Source of the DNA: Candidatus Atribacteria bacterium
GTDB taxonomy: Bacteria > Atribacterota > Atribacteria > Atribacterales > Atribacteraceae
Direction of reading: 5' to 3'
DNA length: 48,023 nucleotides
Assembly (NCBI GenBank): GCA_003561145.1
Contig: PWXL01000114.1
Coordinates: forward strand, 1 to 48,023
The notes below the pieces were generated by a model. It did no database searches, had not been told where the DNA came from, and saw only the letters and a list, made by a program, of their open reading frames with translations. Positions 10,676-20,878 of this stretch are shown here, in pieces (position 1 is the first letter of the stretch; each line of letters starts with the position of its first letter). Both the position numbers and the translations under genes were made by a program.

Positions 10676-11572
10676 ATGGATCTCAAAGAGAGAGTGAGGC
10701 AGGAATTATATACGCTTTTTCCTGCAGACGAGCAATCTCGGCGAGCGGAGTTGGCCGGCATCCTCCGTTTCGGCGGGGTATTGCTCCATGGTGGAAAGGG
10801 GAATTATCTTTCGTTCACCCACAGGGACCTCGCCCTGGTAAAAAAGGTCATCGGACTGAAAAAACATGTGTATCCCCAAAGCGTGCATCATCTTGCTCTC
10901 GTTGAACGGACAGGTATTCAGGACGGACGCTTTTATCAGGTCGATTTTCCCTTGACAGGTCTTTCTTTGCCTTCCATGGGTTTTGTAGAAAGATTCGACG
11001 AGTGGCTGTGCTTTCATGAAGCGGCATCCTTTTTCAGGGGTGCCTTTGAAGCGAAGGGGTATGTGGGGAATCCGCATCGCGGGTACCATCTTGAGTGTAT
11101 GGTACCACTGGAAACCATGGCTGCAGTGATGGTTTCCCGATTGGCAAGGGAGGGGCTTGTGTTCCGGGTGCGTTTTCACAGGGGAGAGTGGTCGATATAT
11201 GCTAAAAATGCGCCTTCCGTAGCCGGCTTTCTCCAGATGGTGGGTGCTTCGGGGAGCTACCTGGAGTTGGAAAAATTGATGGTGGAAAAATCAACTTTCA
11301 ACAATATCACACGTTGGGTAAACTGTGAAACGGGCAACCTTCAAAGAACGGTCGATACCTCCCTGCGCCAAAGAAAAAAAATTTCCCGTATAAACATTAC
11401 TGCATTAACACCGGGCTTGCGTGAATTGGCCCGGCTCCGGTTACGATATCCCCTTGCTTCACTGCGTGAAATCGGGCTCCTTTGTACCCCGGTGCTTTCC
11501 AAGGTGGAAGTTCACCGAAAACTCCTTTACCTGGAGAAAATCGCAGACTGCCAAGGGGTAGACAGAGAATGA
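10676..11572 (+). CDS. whiA: DNA-binding protein WhiA
   Basis: About 300 aa. N-terminus LKERVRQELYTL...RRAELAGILRFGG, with a C-terminal HTH region (LASLREIGLL) typical of WhiA. ATG 10676 is preceded by GAGGAGAGG. Confidence 0.85.
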   Translation: MDLKERVRQELYTLFPADEQSRRAELAGILRFGGVLLHGGKGNYLSFTHRDLALVKKVIGLKKHVYPQSVHHLALVERTGIQDGRFYQVDFPLTGLSLPSMGFVERFDEWLCFHEAASFFRGAFEAKGYVGNPHRGYHLECMVPLETMAAVMVSRLAREGLVFRVRFHRGEWSIYAKNAPSVAGFLQMVGASGSYLELEKLMVEKSTFNNITRWVNCETGNLQRTVDTSLRQRKKISRINITALTPGLRELARLRLRYPLASLREIGLLCTPVLSKVEVHRKLLYLEKIADCQGVDRE

Positions 11573-11587
11573 AACATAACGTACAAT
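11559..11587 (+). promoter_or_regulatory. candidate promoter of the ABC-ATPase gene
   Basis: TAGACA (11559..11564), 17 nt spacer, TACAAT (11582..11587). It overlaps the whiA stop and is followed by an AT-rich 5' UTR and SD AAAGGAGG. Confidence 0.45.
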
Positions 11588-11657
11588 AAATCAATATATG
11601 CTCTATATATATTACTCAATACCTATTTCTTTATAAAGGTTTAAAGGAGGAACATAG

Positions 11658-12764
11658 ATGGCTAATGTGAAGTTAAATAACGTGGTGAAGCGGTTCAATG
11701 AAGTGGTGGCCGTTAATAAGGTAAACCTGGATATCCAGGATGAAGAGTTTGTCGTACTGGTGGGTCCCTCCGGCTGCGGGAAGACTACAACCCTCCGGAT
11801 GGTTGCCGGCTTGGAGGAGATTGATGACGGAGAAATTTATATCGGTGATACCCTGGTCAACGATGTTCCACCAAAGGACAGGGATATTGCCATGGTTTTC
11901 CAAAACTACGCCTTATATCCTCATATGGATGTATACAACAACATGGCTTTTGGTTTGAAACTGCGGAAATTCCCCAGGGCCGAGATCGATCAGCGGGTGA
12001 AGGAAGCAGCCGATCTTTTGGGTATCCCTGAATTGTTGAACCGCAAGCCCAAACAACTTTCCGGTGGACAGCGCCAGCGCGTGGCTGTCGGCCGTGCCAT
12101 TGTCCGGCATCCCAAAGTCTTTCTTTTTGACGAGCCCCTCTCCAACCTGGACGCGAAGCTGCGAGTTCAAATGAGAGCCGAACTCTCCAAGCTGCATAAC
12201 CGTCTGAAGACAACCATGATATATGTGACACATGACCAGGTGGAGGCCATGACCATGGGTGACCGGATCGTGGTGATGAAGGATGGTCTGGTACAACAAG
12301 TCGGGAGTCCCATTGAGCTCTATAACACCCCGAACAACAAGTTTGTCGGAGGTTTTATCGGTACTCCTTCGATGAATTTCCTTGATGTAGTGATGAAGAA
12401 GGAGGGGGACGACTTGATTCTTGACGGCCAGTCTTTCAAGATCACAATTCCCCCTGAATACAAAGAAAATGTTGCTCCCTATGCTGACCAGGAAGTCACC
12501 TTCGGTGTCCGCCCGCAGGATATTTATGATCTTGAGTACTCCCGGGAACTCGAGCATGGACATGAAAACCTGATTGAGTCCACAGTGGACGTGGTGGAGC
12601 CGCTGGGTTCCGAGCAAATCGTGTACCTATCTTGCGGGCATCACACGATAGTGGCGGTGCTTGACATGCAAAGCACACTCGAGGTCGGGGACACAATAAA
12701 AGCAGCGGTTGACACATCGAAGACCCACGTGTTTACGAACGATACCGAGGAAGCGATATTCTAA
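11658..12764 (+). CDS. sugar ABC transporter ATP-binding protein (MalK/UgpC/MsmX family), no cognate permease nearby
   Basis: Walker A GPSGCGKTT, Q-loop, signature LSGGQRQRVAVGRA, Walker B FLFDEPLSNLD, H-loop VTHDQ, and a C-terminal TOBE-like regulatory domain. A strong SD AAAGGAGG precedes the start. Confidence 0.9.
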   Translation: MANVKLNNVVKRFNEVVAVNKVNLDIQDEEFVVLVGPSGCGKTTTLRMVAGLEEIDDGEIYIGDTLVNDVPPKDRDIAMVFQNYALYPHMDVYNNMAFGLKLRKFPRAEIDQRVKEAADLLGIPELLNRKPKQLSGGQRQRVAVGRAIVRHPKVFLFDEPLSNLDAKLRVQMRAELSKLHNRLKTTMIYVTHDQVEAMTMGDRIVVMKDGLVQQVGSPIELYNTPNNKFVGGFIGTPSMNFLDVVMKKEGDDLILDGQSFKITIPPEYKENVAPYADQEVTFGVRPQDIYDLEYSRELEHGHENLIESTVDVVEPLGSEQIVYLSCGHHTIVAVLDMQSTLEVGDTIKAAVDTSKTHVFTNDTEEAIF

Positions 12765-12807
12765 ACAACAGTGTAACACGTTCCCCGGCAAGGGGAGAGT
12801 TGTCAGG

Positions 12808-12837
12808 GAGAGAGGGCATGTCGCCCTCTCTCTTTTT
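12808..12837 (+). terminator. rho-independent terminator after the ABC-ATPase gene
   Basis: Perfect 10-bp stem GAGAGAGGGC (12808..12817) / GCCCTCTCTC (12823..12832), 5-nt loop, then TTTTT (12833..12837). Confidence 0.8.
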
Positions 12838-12927
12838 GCGTGGACGTGCTGGAGAGGCAACACAGCCGGTGGCGCTTTGGATATTCGGGAGCGGAAAATA
12901 CATCGCACCTTCCTGTACCCTGATTTG

Positions 12928-14012
<1,085 letters not shown>

Positions 14013-14022
14013 GATAGAATAT

Positions 14023-14790
14023 ATGCGTGTTCCCATTACAGCCGGCAATTGGAAAATGTACAAAACGGTAGAAGAGGCCTCGGCTTTTGCCGAGGCCCTT
14101 CTCAATGAGGCCTCTTCTCTCACTGAGGTCGAGATGATTGTCTGCCCACCTTATACCGCTTTGTCTTCTCTCTCTCAATATTTCGAGGGAACACCCCTGG
14201 CTTTGGGTGCACAGAATATGCATTGGGAAACACAGGGCGCCTATACCGGCGAAATATCGGCTCTCATGCTGAAAGAAACAGGGTGCAGCTATGTTATACT
14301 CGGCCATTCCGAACGGAGACATGTTTTTCATGAAACTTCCGGGGAAGTAGGTAAAAAAGTAGCAACTGCTTTCGAGAACGAACTTGTTCCCATTCTTTGT
14401 GTGGGCGAAACCATCGAAGAACGCGAACAAGGACGTACACAGAGCGTTGTACAGGAGCAACTGATGGCAGGAATAGACCGGCTAGGTTCACATAACGCCG
14501 GGCGTTTGGTGATCGCTTATGAACCGGTGTGGGCAATCGGGACAGGAAAAGCGTCGACGCCGGAAGATGCCAGGGAAGTTGTGGCTTACATTCGCAGCCT
14601 GTATGCGGATCGGTTTGGTAAGGAAGTTTCCGAATCAATACGAATTTTGTACGGAGGAAGCGTTAAGCCGGATAATGTGTACGAGTTCGTCAAGGAAGAG
14701 CAGATAGACGGAACGCTGGTCGGCGGGGCCAGCCTCGACCCGGTAAGTTTTCTCACGATAGCCGGGGAAACCCGCAGAGTTTATACGTAA
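14023..14790 (+). CDS. tpiA: triose-phosphate isomerase
   Basis: MRVPITAGNWKMYKT, ILGHSERR, AYEPVWAIGTG, YGGSVKP. Confidence 0.95.
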   Translation: MRVPITAGNWKMYKTVEEASAFAEALLNEASSLTEVEMIVCPPYTALSSLSQYFEGTPLALGAQNMHWETQGAYTGEISALMLKETGCSYVILGHSERRHVFHETSGEVGKKVATAFENELVPILCVGETIEEREQGRTQSVVQEQLMAGIDRLGSHNAGRLVIAYEPVWAIGTGKASTPEDAREVVAYIRSLYADRFGKEVSESIRILYGGSVKPDNVYEFVKEEQIDGTLVGGASLDPVSFLTIAGETRRVYT

Positions 14791-14807
14791 ATGGGGGTTA
14801 ACAGTAT

Positions 14808-15032
14808 ATGGAAGGTTGGATGATTCTCCAAATTCTTGTATCTGTGTCAGTGATAATAGTGGTCATATTTCAACCCAGAAAAGCCGGGTTGGGCGGTGGG
14901 ATATTTGGAGGAGCCACCAGGGCAGACCGGAGCAGCAAGTTCAAAAACCTCTCCATTCTGGGGAAATTGACTGTTGTACTTTCGGTTATTTTCATGGTGC
15001 TTTCCCTTCTTTTTGCTTTTCTGTTGACTTGA
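14808..15032 (+). CDS. secG: preprotein translocase subunit SecG
   Basis: 74 aa with two TM segments flanking a Gly-rich loop (QPRKAGLGGGIFGG). The conserved position directly after tpiA supports the call. Confidence 0.85.
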   Translation: MEGWMILQILVSVSVIIVVIFQPRKAGLGGGIFGGATRADRSSKFKNLSILGKLTVVLSVIFMVLSLLFAFLLT

Positions 15033-15041
15033 GGTAAAAAT

Positions 15042-16094
15042 GTGAATAAGGTTTCCGGTTCACCAAGTCGGATATCCTCCCTTTCCCAGGTATCCTCCTG
15101 GCAGGTGGAAAAGGAGCGGTCCTTCTTTTCCGCCAGCCACCAGGAAATAGCCAACGGCTATACCACTGATGTATACTTTGTCGCAGCACAGGATATCCTC
15201 AGGAAACTGACGCTGGACCATACCCCTGTAACAGCTGATATTTTTCCCTCGCGGGCAGGTGTCTTTTGTGGTCTTCCGGAAGTCATGAACCTGCTTTCAG
15301 AGAGTACAGTAGAAGTGTGGAGCCTTGAAGAGGGTGAATCATTCGAAGCAAAAGAGGTAGTTATCCAAATAAAAGGCCCGTATGCGGAGTTTGGGGTGTT
15401 CGAAACCCCGGTTTTGGGAATACTTGCTCACAGCTCGGGTTGGGCTACGGGGGCGAGAGAATGTAAAGAAGCAGCGGGGGAAAAGAAAGTTGTTTGTTTC
15501 GGAGCGCGCCACGTTCACCCGGCAGTGGCACCGGTGATGGAGCGTGCAGCCTTCGTAGGCGGGGTGGACGGAGCGGCTTGTATTCTGGGAGCCAAACTTG
15601 CCGGACACGAGCCCGGTGGTACCATACCCCATGCCGCTATCCTCATTATCGGTGATTCAGTGGTGGCCGCGCGAGCATTTCACCAGGTGGTACCCGAGAA
15701 CTTTCCCCGGGTTATTCTCGTGGATACCTTTAAAGATGAGGCGGAAGAATCTCTCCGCGTTGCCGAAAGTCTCGGTGTTCATTTACATGGAGTACGTCTG
15801 GATACCCCAGGTGAGAGGGGAGGGGTGAGTGCTGAACTGGTTGCTGAAATACGCAGCCGCCTTGATCTCGCTGGCTTCTCCTCGGTGTCCATAGTGGTCT
15901 CAGGAGGGATGAATCCTCAAAAGATTCTTTCCATGAGGGAAAAAGCGGATATGTTCGGTGTAGGGAGCTATATCAGTTCCCGTCCACCCATCGATATGAC
16001 CATGGATCTCAAAGAAATTGGAGGCCGAGCCATATCCAAGCGGGGAAGAATTCCCGGTGCAGCCAGGAACCCTCGCCTCAAAAAGAAACAATGA
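15042..16094 (+). CDS. nicotinate phosphoribosyltransferase, archaeal/short type II PRTase family
   Basis: SASHQEIANGYTTDVYF near the N-terminus, a TIM-barrel-like core (GTIPHAAILI, VDTFKDE, GVRLDTPGERGG, VSGGM) and a size of ~350 aa. The family call is from recall of the Thermoplasma-type NAPRTase; a quinolinate-PRTase-like enzyme is not fully excluded. GTG start sits 7 nt after GAGG. Confidence 0.65.
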   Translation: MNKVSGSPSRISSLSQVSSWQVEKERSFFSASHQEIANGYTTDVYFVAAQDILRKLTLDHTPVTADIFPSRAGVFCGLPEVMNLLSESTVEVWSLEEGESFEAKEVVIQIKGPYAEFGVFETPVLGILAHSSGWATGARECKEAAGEKKVVCFGARHVHPAVAPVMERAAFVGGVDGAACILGAKLAGHEPGGTIPHAAILIIGDSVVAARAFHQVVPENFPRVILVDTFKDEAEESLRVAESLGVHLHGVRLDTPGERGGVSAELVAEIRSRLDLAGFSSVSIVVSGGMNPQKILSMREKADMFGVGSYISSRPPIDMTMDLKEIGGRAISKRGRIPGAARNPRLKKKQ

Positions 16095-16121
16095 GGGAGA
16101 GGAATAAATTATGAGAGTGAG

Positions 16122-16168
16122 TTGACGGAAGAAGTTTTTTTATGCTATGTTCTTTTGTGCTGTATAAT
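16122..16168 (+). promoter_or_regulatory. candidate promoter(s) of infC-rpmI-rplT
   Basis: Two overlapping options: TTGACG (16122..16127), 18 nt spacer, TATGTT (16146..16151); or TTATGC, 17 nt spacer, TATAAT (16163..16168), with TG immediately 5' of the -10. Confidence 0.4.
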
Positions 16169-16192
16169 TTCCCCCTGAGAGGGTGATATTGT

Positions 16193-16720
16193 TTGAAGGA
16201 GGCGATATACATCGAAATTCGGTATCGCATTAACAGTCAAATCCGTGCGCGTGAGGTCTTGCTGATTGATCAGGAAGGCACACAGGTTGGCATTGTGCCA
16301 TGTCGCGAAGCCCTGCAAATGGCAGAAGACACAGGACTGGACCTGGTAGAAGTATCACCGGAAGCCAACCCGCCGGTATGCAAAATCATGGACTATGGCA
16401 AGTTTAAATATGACAAGGAAAAGAAAGCAAAAATCTCGCGCCGGCACCAAAAAACCTCAGACTTGAAAGAACTGAAGATGAGGCCGAAAATAGATGAGCA
16501 CGATTACCAGGTGAAGCTGCGTAATGCTCAACGGTTTTTCCAGAGTGGAGATAGGGTGAAATTTACTATCCGTTTCAGGGGGAGGGAGCTGGCTTTTAAG
16601 GACAGGGGCGTAAAGCTGCTGGAACGGGTGATGGGTGATTTAAAGGACGTAAGCAAGCTTGAGCAAAACCTGAAAGAAGAAGGACGCAACCTCACTATTA
16701 CCTTGGCTCCAAAGAAATGA
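16193..16720 (+). CDS. infC: translation initiation factor IF-3
   Basis: RINSQIRAREVLLIDQEGTQVGIVPCREALQMAEDTGLDLVEV, plus the C-terminal domain. TTG 16193 lies 5 nt after GGGTGAT (16181..16187), the same SD geometry as rplT. An internal AGGAGG (16197..16202) followed by in-frame ATC at 16211 is an alternative start. Confidence 0.9.
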   Translation: MKEAIYIEIRYRINSQIRAREVLLIDQEGTQVGIVPCREALQMAEDTGLDLVEVSPEANPPVCKIMDYGKFKYDKEKKAKISRRHQKTSDLKELKMRPKIDEHDYQVKLRNAQRFFQSGDRVKFTIRFRGRELAFKDRGVKLLERVMGDLKDVSKLEQNLKEEGRNLTITLAPKK

Positions 16721-16732
16721 GGATGATAGGTT

Positions 16733-16930
16733 ATGCCGAAGATGAAGACTCACCGCGGAGCGGCCAAGCGCTTTACCCGTACCGGTGGAGGAAAGCTGAA
16801 AAGAGCACAGGCCGGGAAAAGCCACCTGCTGGCACATAAAGGCCGTGACCGGAAAAGAAGACTGCGGAAAACAGTACTGGTAGACAGCTCGGAGAAAAAG
16901 CGCATTACCAGACTGTTGCCGTATATATAA
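16733..16930 (+). CDS. rpmI: 50S ribosomal protein L35
   Basis: [14 protein letters not shown], 65 aa, located between infC and rplT. Confidence 0.95.
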   Translation: MPKMKTHRGAAKRFTRTGGGKLKRAQAGKSHLLAHKGRDRKRRLRKTVLVDSSEKKRITRLLPYI

Positions 16931-16977
16931 ATATATTCAAACAGAGACACACAGAATACTGTAAAGGGTGATGAAGG

Positions 16978-17331
16978 GTGCCGAGAGTTAAAAACGCAGT
17001 ACCGTCACGAAAGAGAAAAAAGAAGGTTTTGAAATATGTTAAGGGGTACCGGGGCTCCCGTTCCCGTTCCTTTAAAAGAGCGAATGAGCAGGTGTTAAAA
17101 TCTCTTTCGTATGCATACAGGGACCGCCGCAACCGGAAACGGGATTTCCGCCGCTTATGGATTTTGAGGATTAATGCCGCAGTGAGGGAATCTGGACTGA
17201 CCTACAGCCAGTTTATCAGCGGCCTGAAAAAAGCAGAAGTAGGGATTGACCGGAAAAACCTGGCGCATCTCTCCATAACTGATCCGGCAGGATTTGAGCA
17301 TCTGGTTGAAATGGCTAAATCCCGCTTGTAA
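16978..17331 (+). CDS. rplT: 50S ribosomal protein L20
   Basis: [26 protein letters not shown]...; GTG start 5 nt after AAGGGTGAT. Confidence 0.95.
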   Translation: MPRVKNAVPSRKRKKKVLKYVKGYRGSRSRSFKRANEQVLKSLSYAYRDRRNRKRDFRRLWILRINAAVRESGLTYSQFISGLKKAEVGIDRKNLAHLSITDPAGFEHLVEMAKSRL

Positions 17332-17357
17332 TTTCAGCATCAGACAGTGTCTCCGAT

Positions 17358-17402
17358 GCGATACCCGGGTTTTCGTGTTCCCGGGTATCGCTTTTTCTTT
17401 TT
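17358..17402 (+). terminator. rho-independent terminator after rplT
   Basis: 12-bp stem GCGATACCCGGG (17358..17369) / CCCGGGTATCGC (17380..17391), 10-nt loop, then TTTTTCTTTTT. Confidence 0.8.
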
Positions 17403-17459
17403 GCCCTCCTGCTGCAATATACTTTTTTTGGGACCGGCCCATGAAGGGGGTTCATACGC

Positions 17460-18473
17460 GTGGACGCGCTCGACAAATGCCTGGAAGAATTCAAAAAAGA
17501 AGCCCAAACCATTACAACACTTGATGAATTGAATCGGCTCAAGGGCCGTTACGTGGGAAGAAAGGGTATCTTGAATGACTCCCTCAAACAAATGAAATCA
17601 TTTTCTCCGGAAAAAAGACGGGAAACGGGACAAAAAATAAATCATCTGAAAAGCATCATGGAGAAAGAAATATCACAATTGCACAACATGCTTGAAACCT
17701 CATCCGGGAAACACAAAGCTGTTGATCTCACTCTTCCCGGGAATACCACCCCTCCGGGATCTTTTCATCCAATAACTCTTGCGTTGAATCGAATAATCGA
17801 AATATTTCTGAGTCTCGGGTTTCGGGTTGAAGAGGGTCCGGAGATTGAAACAGAATATTATAATTTCGAAGCACTGAATTTTCCTGCTGAACATCCGGCA
17901 CGGGATGCCCAGGATTCATTTTTTCTTCCATACAAACTACTTCTTCGTACTCACACATCTCCGGTGCAGATACGGACCATGGAAAAATATCCTCCCCCAC
18001 TCAAAGTTGTGGTTCCCGGCCGTTGTTATCGCCGTGATCCCATGGATGCCACTCACTCGATGGTATTCCACCAGGTAGAAGGCCTGGTGGTGGCTGAAGG
18101 CATCTCAATGGGACACCTGAAGGGAACCATTGAACTTTTTTCCAGGCGTCTGTTCGGCCCGGCCCGGAATGTCCGGTTTCGGCCCAGTTTTTTCCCTTTT
18201 ACTGAACCAAGCGCGGAGGTTGATATTTCCTGTGGGGTGTGTGGAGGGAAAGGGTGCCGTTCATGTGGGTACAGCGGATGGTTGGAAATCATGGGAGCGG
18301 GCTTGGTCCATCCAAACGTTTTCAGGGCAGCTGGTTATGACCCGGAAGAAGTGAGGGGTTTTGCTTTTGGGATGGGGGTAGAAAGAATAGCCATGTTGAA
18401 GTACGGGATTCCGGACATCCGTCTCTTTTTTGAAAATGACGTGTGTTTTTTGAACCAGTTTCGAGGTCTGTAA
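17460..18473 (+). CDS. pheS: phenylalanine--tRNA ligase alpha subunit
   Basis: Coiled-coil N-terminus, class II motifs (FPAEHPARD, LLRTHTSPVQIR, GRCYRRD, GWLEIMGAGLVHPNV, AFGMGVERIAM). GTG start sits 9 nt after GAAGGGGG. Confidence 0.95.
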   Translation: MDALDKCLEEFKKEAQTITTLDELNRLKGRYVGRKGILNDSLKQMKSFSPEKRRETGQKINHLKSIMEKEISQLHNMLETSSGKHKAVDLTLPGNTTPPGSFHPITLALNRIIEIFLSLGFRVEEGPEIETEYYNFEALNFPAEHPARDAQDSFFLPYKLLLRTHTSPVQIRTMEKYPPPLKVVVPGRCYRRDPMDATHSMVFHQVEGLVVAEGISMGHLKGTIELFSRRLFGPARNVRFRPSFFPFTEPSAEVDISCGVCGGKGCRSCGYSGWLEIMGAGLVHPNVFRAAGYDPEEVRGFAFGMGVERIAMLKYGIPDIRLFFENDVCFLNQFRGL

Positions 18474-18487
18474 CAGGAGGATTCATG

Positions 18488-20878
18488 ATGAAAGTAACCT
18501 ATCGGATGCTTAAAAATCTCCTTCCCGAACTCGAGGTGCCTTCTGTTGAACTGGCAGCAATATTGACCGACCAGGGTTTGGTAGTGGAAGAAATAATCAG
18601 TGCGCTCGACATATTTTCCCCTGACCTTGTTACAGGTTACATAGAAAATGTGGAACGGCATACAGAATATTCACGTTGTAAGATACATACGGGGAATGAT
18701 GCCTTTTTCATACATGTTTCTCATTGGGGTGCCCCACCAGAAGGATCAGCGGTGGTGTTGAATATGGGTGGAGAAAAACCGACCACATCGCCTCTTCTGG
18801 ATGAGCGCGTGGATGACCCCGCACCATACCTTATTGTTTTACCAGGGGAATGGGAGCCGGGAAAAAAGGTAACCAAGGCTCTTGTGGGAGAAGATACGGT
18901 CATTCAATTTGAGATTACTGCGAACCGGGGAGATTGTCTTTCGGTTGTGGGCCTGGCCCGCGAGGTTTCAGCAAAGCTGGGAATAGATGTTGTACTGCCG
19001 GAAGCGGGGTTTCATTCCAGCGGGCGGCATTCACCTTTTCACATAGAGAATGCAGATGCCTTTGATGCCTGTCCCTATTACACCGGCAGGCATATCCGGG
19101 GAGTCCGGGTGCAACCGTCTTCATGGCCGGTGATACGAGATCTGTACTTGCTGGGAATGCGCCCGATAAATAATATAGTCGATTATACCAACATGGTGAT
19201 GATAGAAACCGGTCAACCGCTTCATGCCTTCGACGCCCTGCACCTGCGGGGAAACCGGGTGGTGGTAAGACGAGCTTTGAGGGGAGAAAAACTCGTTACC
19301 CTTGACGGAATAGAACGAACCCTTGACGGTTCGATGCTCGTGATTGCCGATGCGGAAAAACCTGTAGCCTTGGCCGGCATCATGGGCGGACTGAAAAGTG
19401 AAGTAACACCTTCCACAAGAGAGGTCATTCTGGAAGCAGCCTTGTTTGACAACGTTTCCGTACGGCAAACGGCTCGGGCTCTGGGGTTCCGGACCGAAGC
19501 ATCTTCCAGGTTCGAAAGGGGAGTGGATCCGGAGCAAGTCATATCTTCAGCGGGCCGTGTGTTGTCTCTCCTGCAAAAAGAATACTCCGGGCTGGAAGTC
19601 ATGGAACCATGGCTCGTGGCAGGCACACCACCTTCCCGGCCCAAAGAAATTTCACTTTCTTTTTCCTTGGTTGAAGAAATTATGTCAGCTTCCATTGCTC
19701 CCGATGAGGTGAAAGGAGTTCTGCGCCGGCTGGGCTTTGTGGTACATGAGACCGGCAATGGTACAATTTCTGTTCAAACCCCCACCTGGAGAACGGATGT
19801 AAACGAATCTATCGACTTGGTTGAGGAGATTGGGAGAGTACACGGCTATGACCGCATCAGGGCCTCTCTCCCCCAGGTAGATTACGACCCGGGCGATGCG
19901 ACTCTCGAAGAACTATTGGAACGTAGAATCCGCTGTTTCCTCGTTGATAGGGGAATGAGTGAAATAATAACGCTCTCCCTGGTGGGGCAGGAGACCTTGC
20001 ACATGGCGGGATGTGAACAAGGACAGTGTGTGTCACTCCTGAATCCTCTTTCACAGGATTATGCATATTTACGGCCGAATCTGGCAATTTCAGCCCTCGA
20101 GGTTCTCCGTACCAACGTAAGCCGGGGTCGGGAAAAACTGGGATTTTTTGAGATAGGCGATGCATTCGAACGGAGTGGAAAGGAAGAGGAATACCCATTC
20201 CAGGAGCAAAAAAGGGTTATTGTCATTTTCCCCGGGTCTCTTGCTCCTCCTCTTTGGCAAGAAAAAGAAGGCAGAAGAGAGGTGTTTTACCGTTTAAAGG
20301 GATTATGGGAATCTCTGCTTGAGCTGGCACGGGTACACCTGCCAGAGGACTGTTTTTCACCTCATGAGGAACCAGATGGACTGTGCGATCCTGAATTTTC
20401 CTTTACCGCTTTCACGCCCGGGAAAGAACTTTTAGCATGGGGTGGTCATGTGCGCCGTGATATTGTGCGCGCGTATGATTTTTGGGGGGATTTTTACTAT
20501 CTGGAAATACGATTGGAAAAAATGGCTGCATTGAGCAGGTTGGGGTCTTTCAATTTTCAGGAGATTAACCGATTTCCAGCTGTCCGTCGTGATATTTCGA
20601 TTTTAGCCGATCGCTCGATACAATGGAAGACAGTAGAAAAAGCAGTCAGCCGGGCGGTGAACGAGGAAAGTATGCGCCTTGAAAGACTGGAATTATTTGA
20701 TCACTTCCAGGGAGACCCGCTGCCGAAAGGATTGAGCAGCCTTTCGTTCATGGTCATATTCAGAGCAGGTGACAGAACACTCACAGACGACGAGGTGGAT
20801 AATTGGGTGAGAATCCTTAAGAACGAGTTGAAAAAAATAGAGGGTATTCACCTGCGGGAGGAATACGGGGGGAATTGA
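18488..20878 (+). CDS. pheT: phenylalanine--tRNA ligase beta subunit
   Basis: MKVTYRMLKNLLPEL N-terminus, B3/4 and B5 domains, C-terminal FDX-ACB-like domain. ATG 18488 lies 7 nt after AGGAGG; ATG 18485 is equally possible. The ORF-track start 18443 overlaps pheS. Confidence 0.95.
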   Translation: MKVTYRMLKNLLPELEVPSVELAAILTDQGLVVEEIISALDIFSPDLVTGYIENVERHTEYSRCKIHTGNDAFFIHVSHWGAPPEGSAVVLNMGGEKPTTSPLLDERVDDPAPYLIVLPGEWEPGKKVTKALVGEDTVIQFEITANRGDCLSVVGLAREVSAKLGIDVVLPEAGFHSSGRHSPFHIENADAFDACPYYTGRHIRGVRVQPSSWPVIRDLYLLGMRPINNIVDYTNMVMIETGQPLHAFDALHLRGNRVVVRRALRGEKLVTLDGIERTLDGSMLVIADAEKPVALAGIMGGLKSEVTPSTREVILEAALFDNVSVRQTARALGFRTEASSRFERGVDPEQVISSAGRVLSLLQKEYSGLEVMEPWLVAGTPPSRPKEISLSFSLVEEIMSASIAPDEVKGVLRRLGFVVHETGNGTISVQTPTWRTDVNESIDLVEEIGRVHGYDRIRASLPQVDYDPGDATLEELLERRIRCFLVDRGMSEIITLSLVGQETLHMAGCEQGQCVSLLNPLSQDYAYLRPNLAISALEVLRTNVSRGREKLGFFEIGDAFERSGKEEEYPFQEQKRVIVIFPGSLAPPLWQEKEGRREVFYRLKGLWESLLELARVHLPEDCFSPHEEPDGLCDPEFSFTAFTPGKELLAWGGHVRRDIVRAYDFWGDFYYLEIRLEKMAALSRLGSFNFQEINRFPAVRRDISILADRSIQWKTVEKAVSRAVNEESMRLERLELFDHFQGDPLPKGLSSLSFMVIFRAGDRTLTDDEVDNWVRILKNELKKIEGIHLREEYGGN

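Noticed and set aside
12804-12814. A shared 11-mer CAGGGAGAGAG at the start of two 3'-end hairpins (12804..12814 and 26399..26409), suggesting a dispersed REP-like terminator family.
   Set aside because: By a rough count of position pairs versus 4^11, an exact 11-mer match somewhere in 48 kb on both strands is expected by chance many times over. The motif is low-complexity purine, and the loops and flanks do not align. It would only become interesting if a genome-wide search showed many copies.
12838-12927. A possible CggR-type operator (CGGGAC-N6-TGTC repeats) upstream of the gap promoter, prompted by CGGGAGCGGAAAATACA at about 12886.
   Set aside because: There is only one partial half-site with a poor second half, no direct repeat, and no cggR gene upstream of gap in this window.
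14816-15037. A 73-aa plus-strand ORF that overlaps secG in another frame, and similar alternative-frame ORFs such as 1654..1884, 5020..5232, 7338..7622 and 33844..34194.
   Set aside because: They are fully embedded in well-supported genes, lack SD sequences and family motifs, and have sizes consistent with random open frames at this GC content.
16197-16213. A non-canonical IF3 start: a perfect AGGAGG (16197..16202) inside the infC ORF, 8 nt upstream of in-frame ATC (16211). This recalls the AUU start used for infC autoregulation in E. coli.
   Set aside because: The TTG at 16193 has its own SD (GGGTGAT, 5-nt spacing), identical in sequence and geometry to the rplT start, and gives a normal IF3 N-terminal length. 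The ATC start remains possible but is not needed. Only N-terminal proteomics or ribosome profiling can resolve it.
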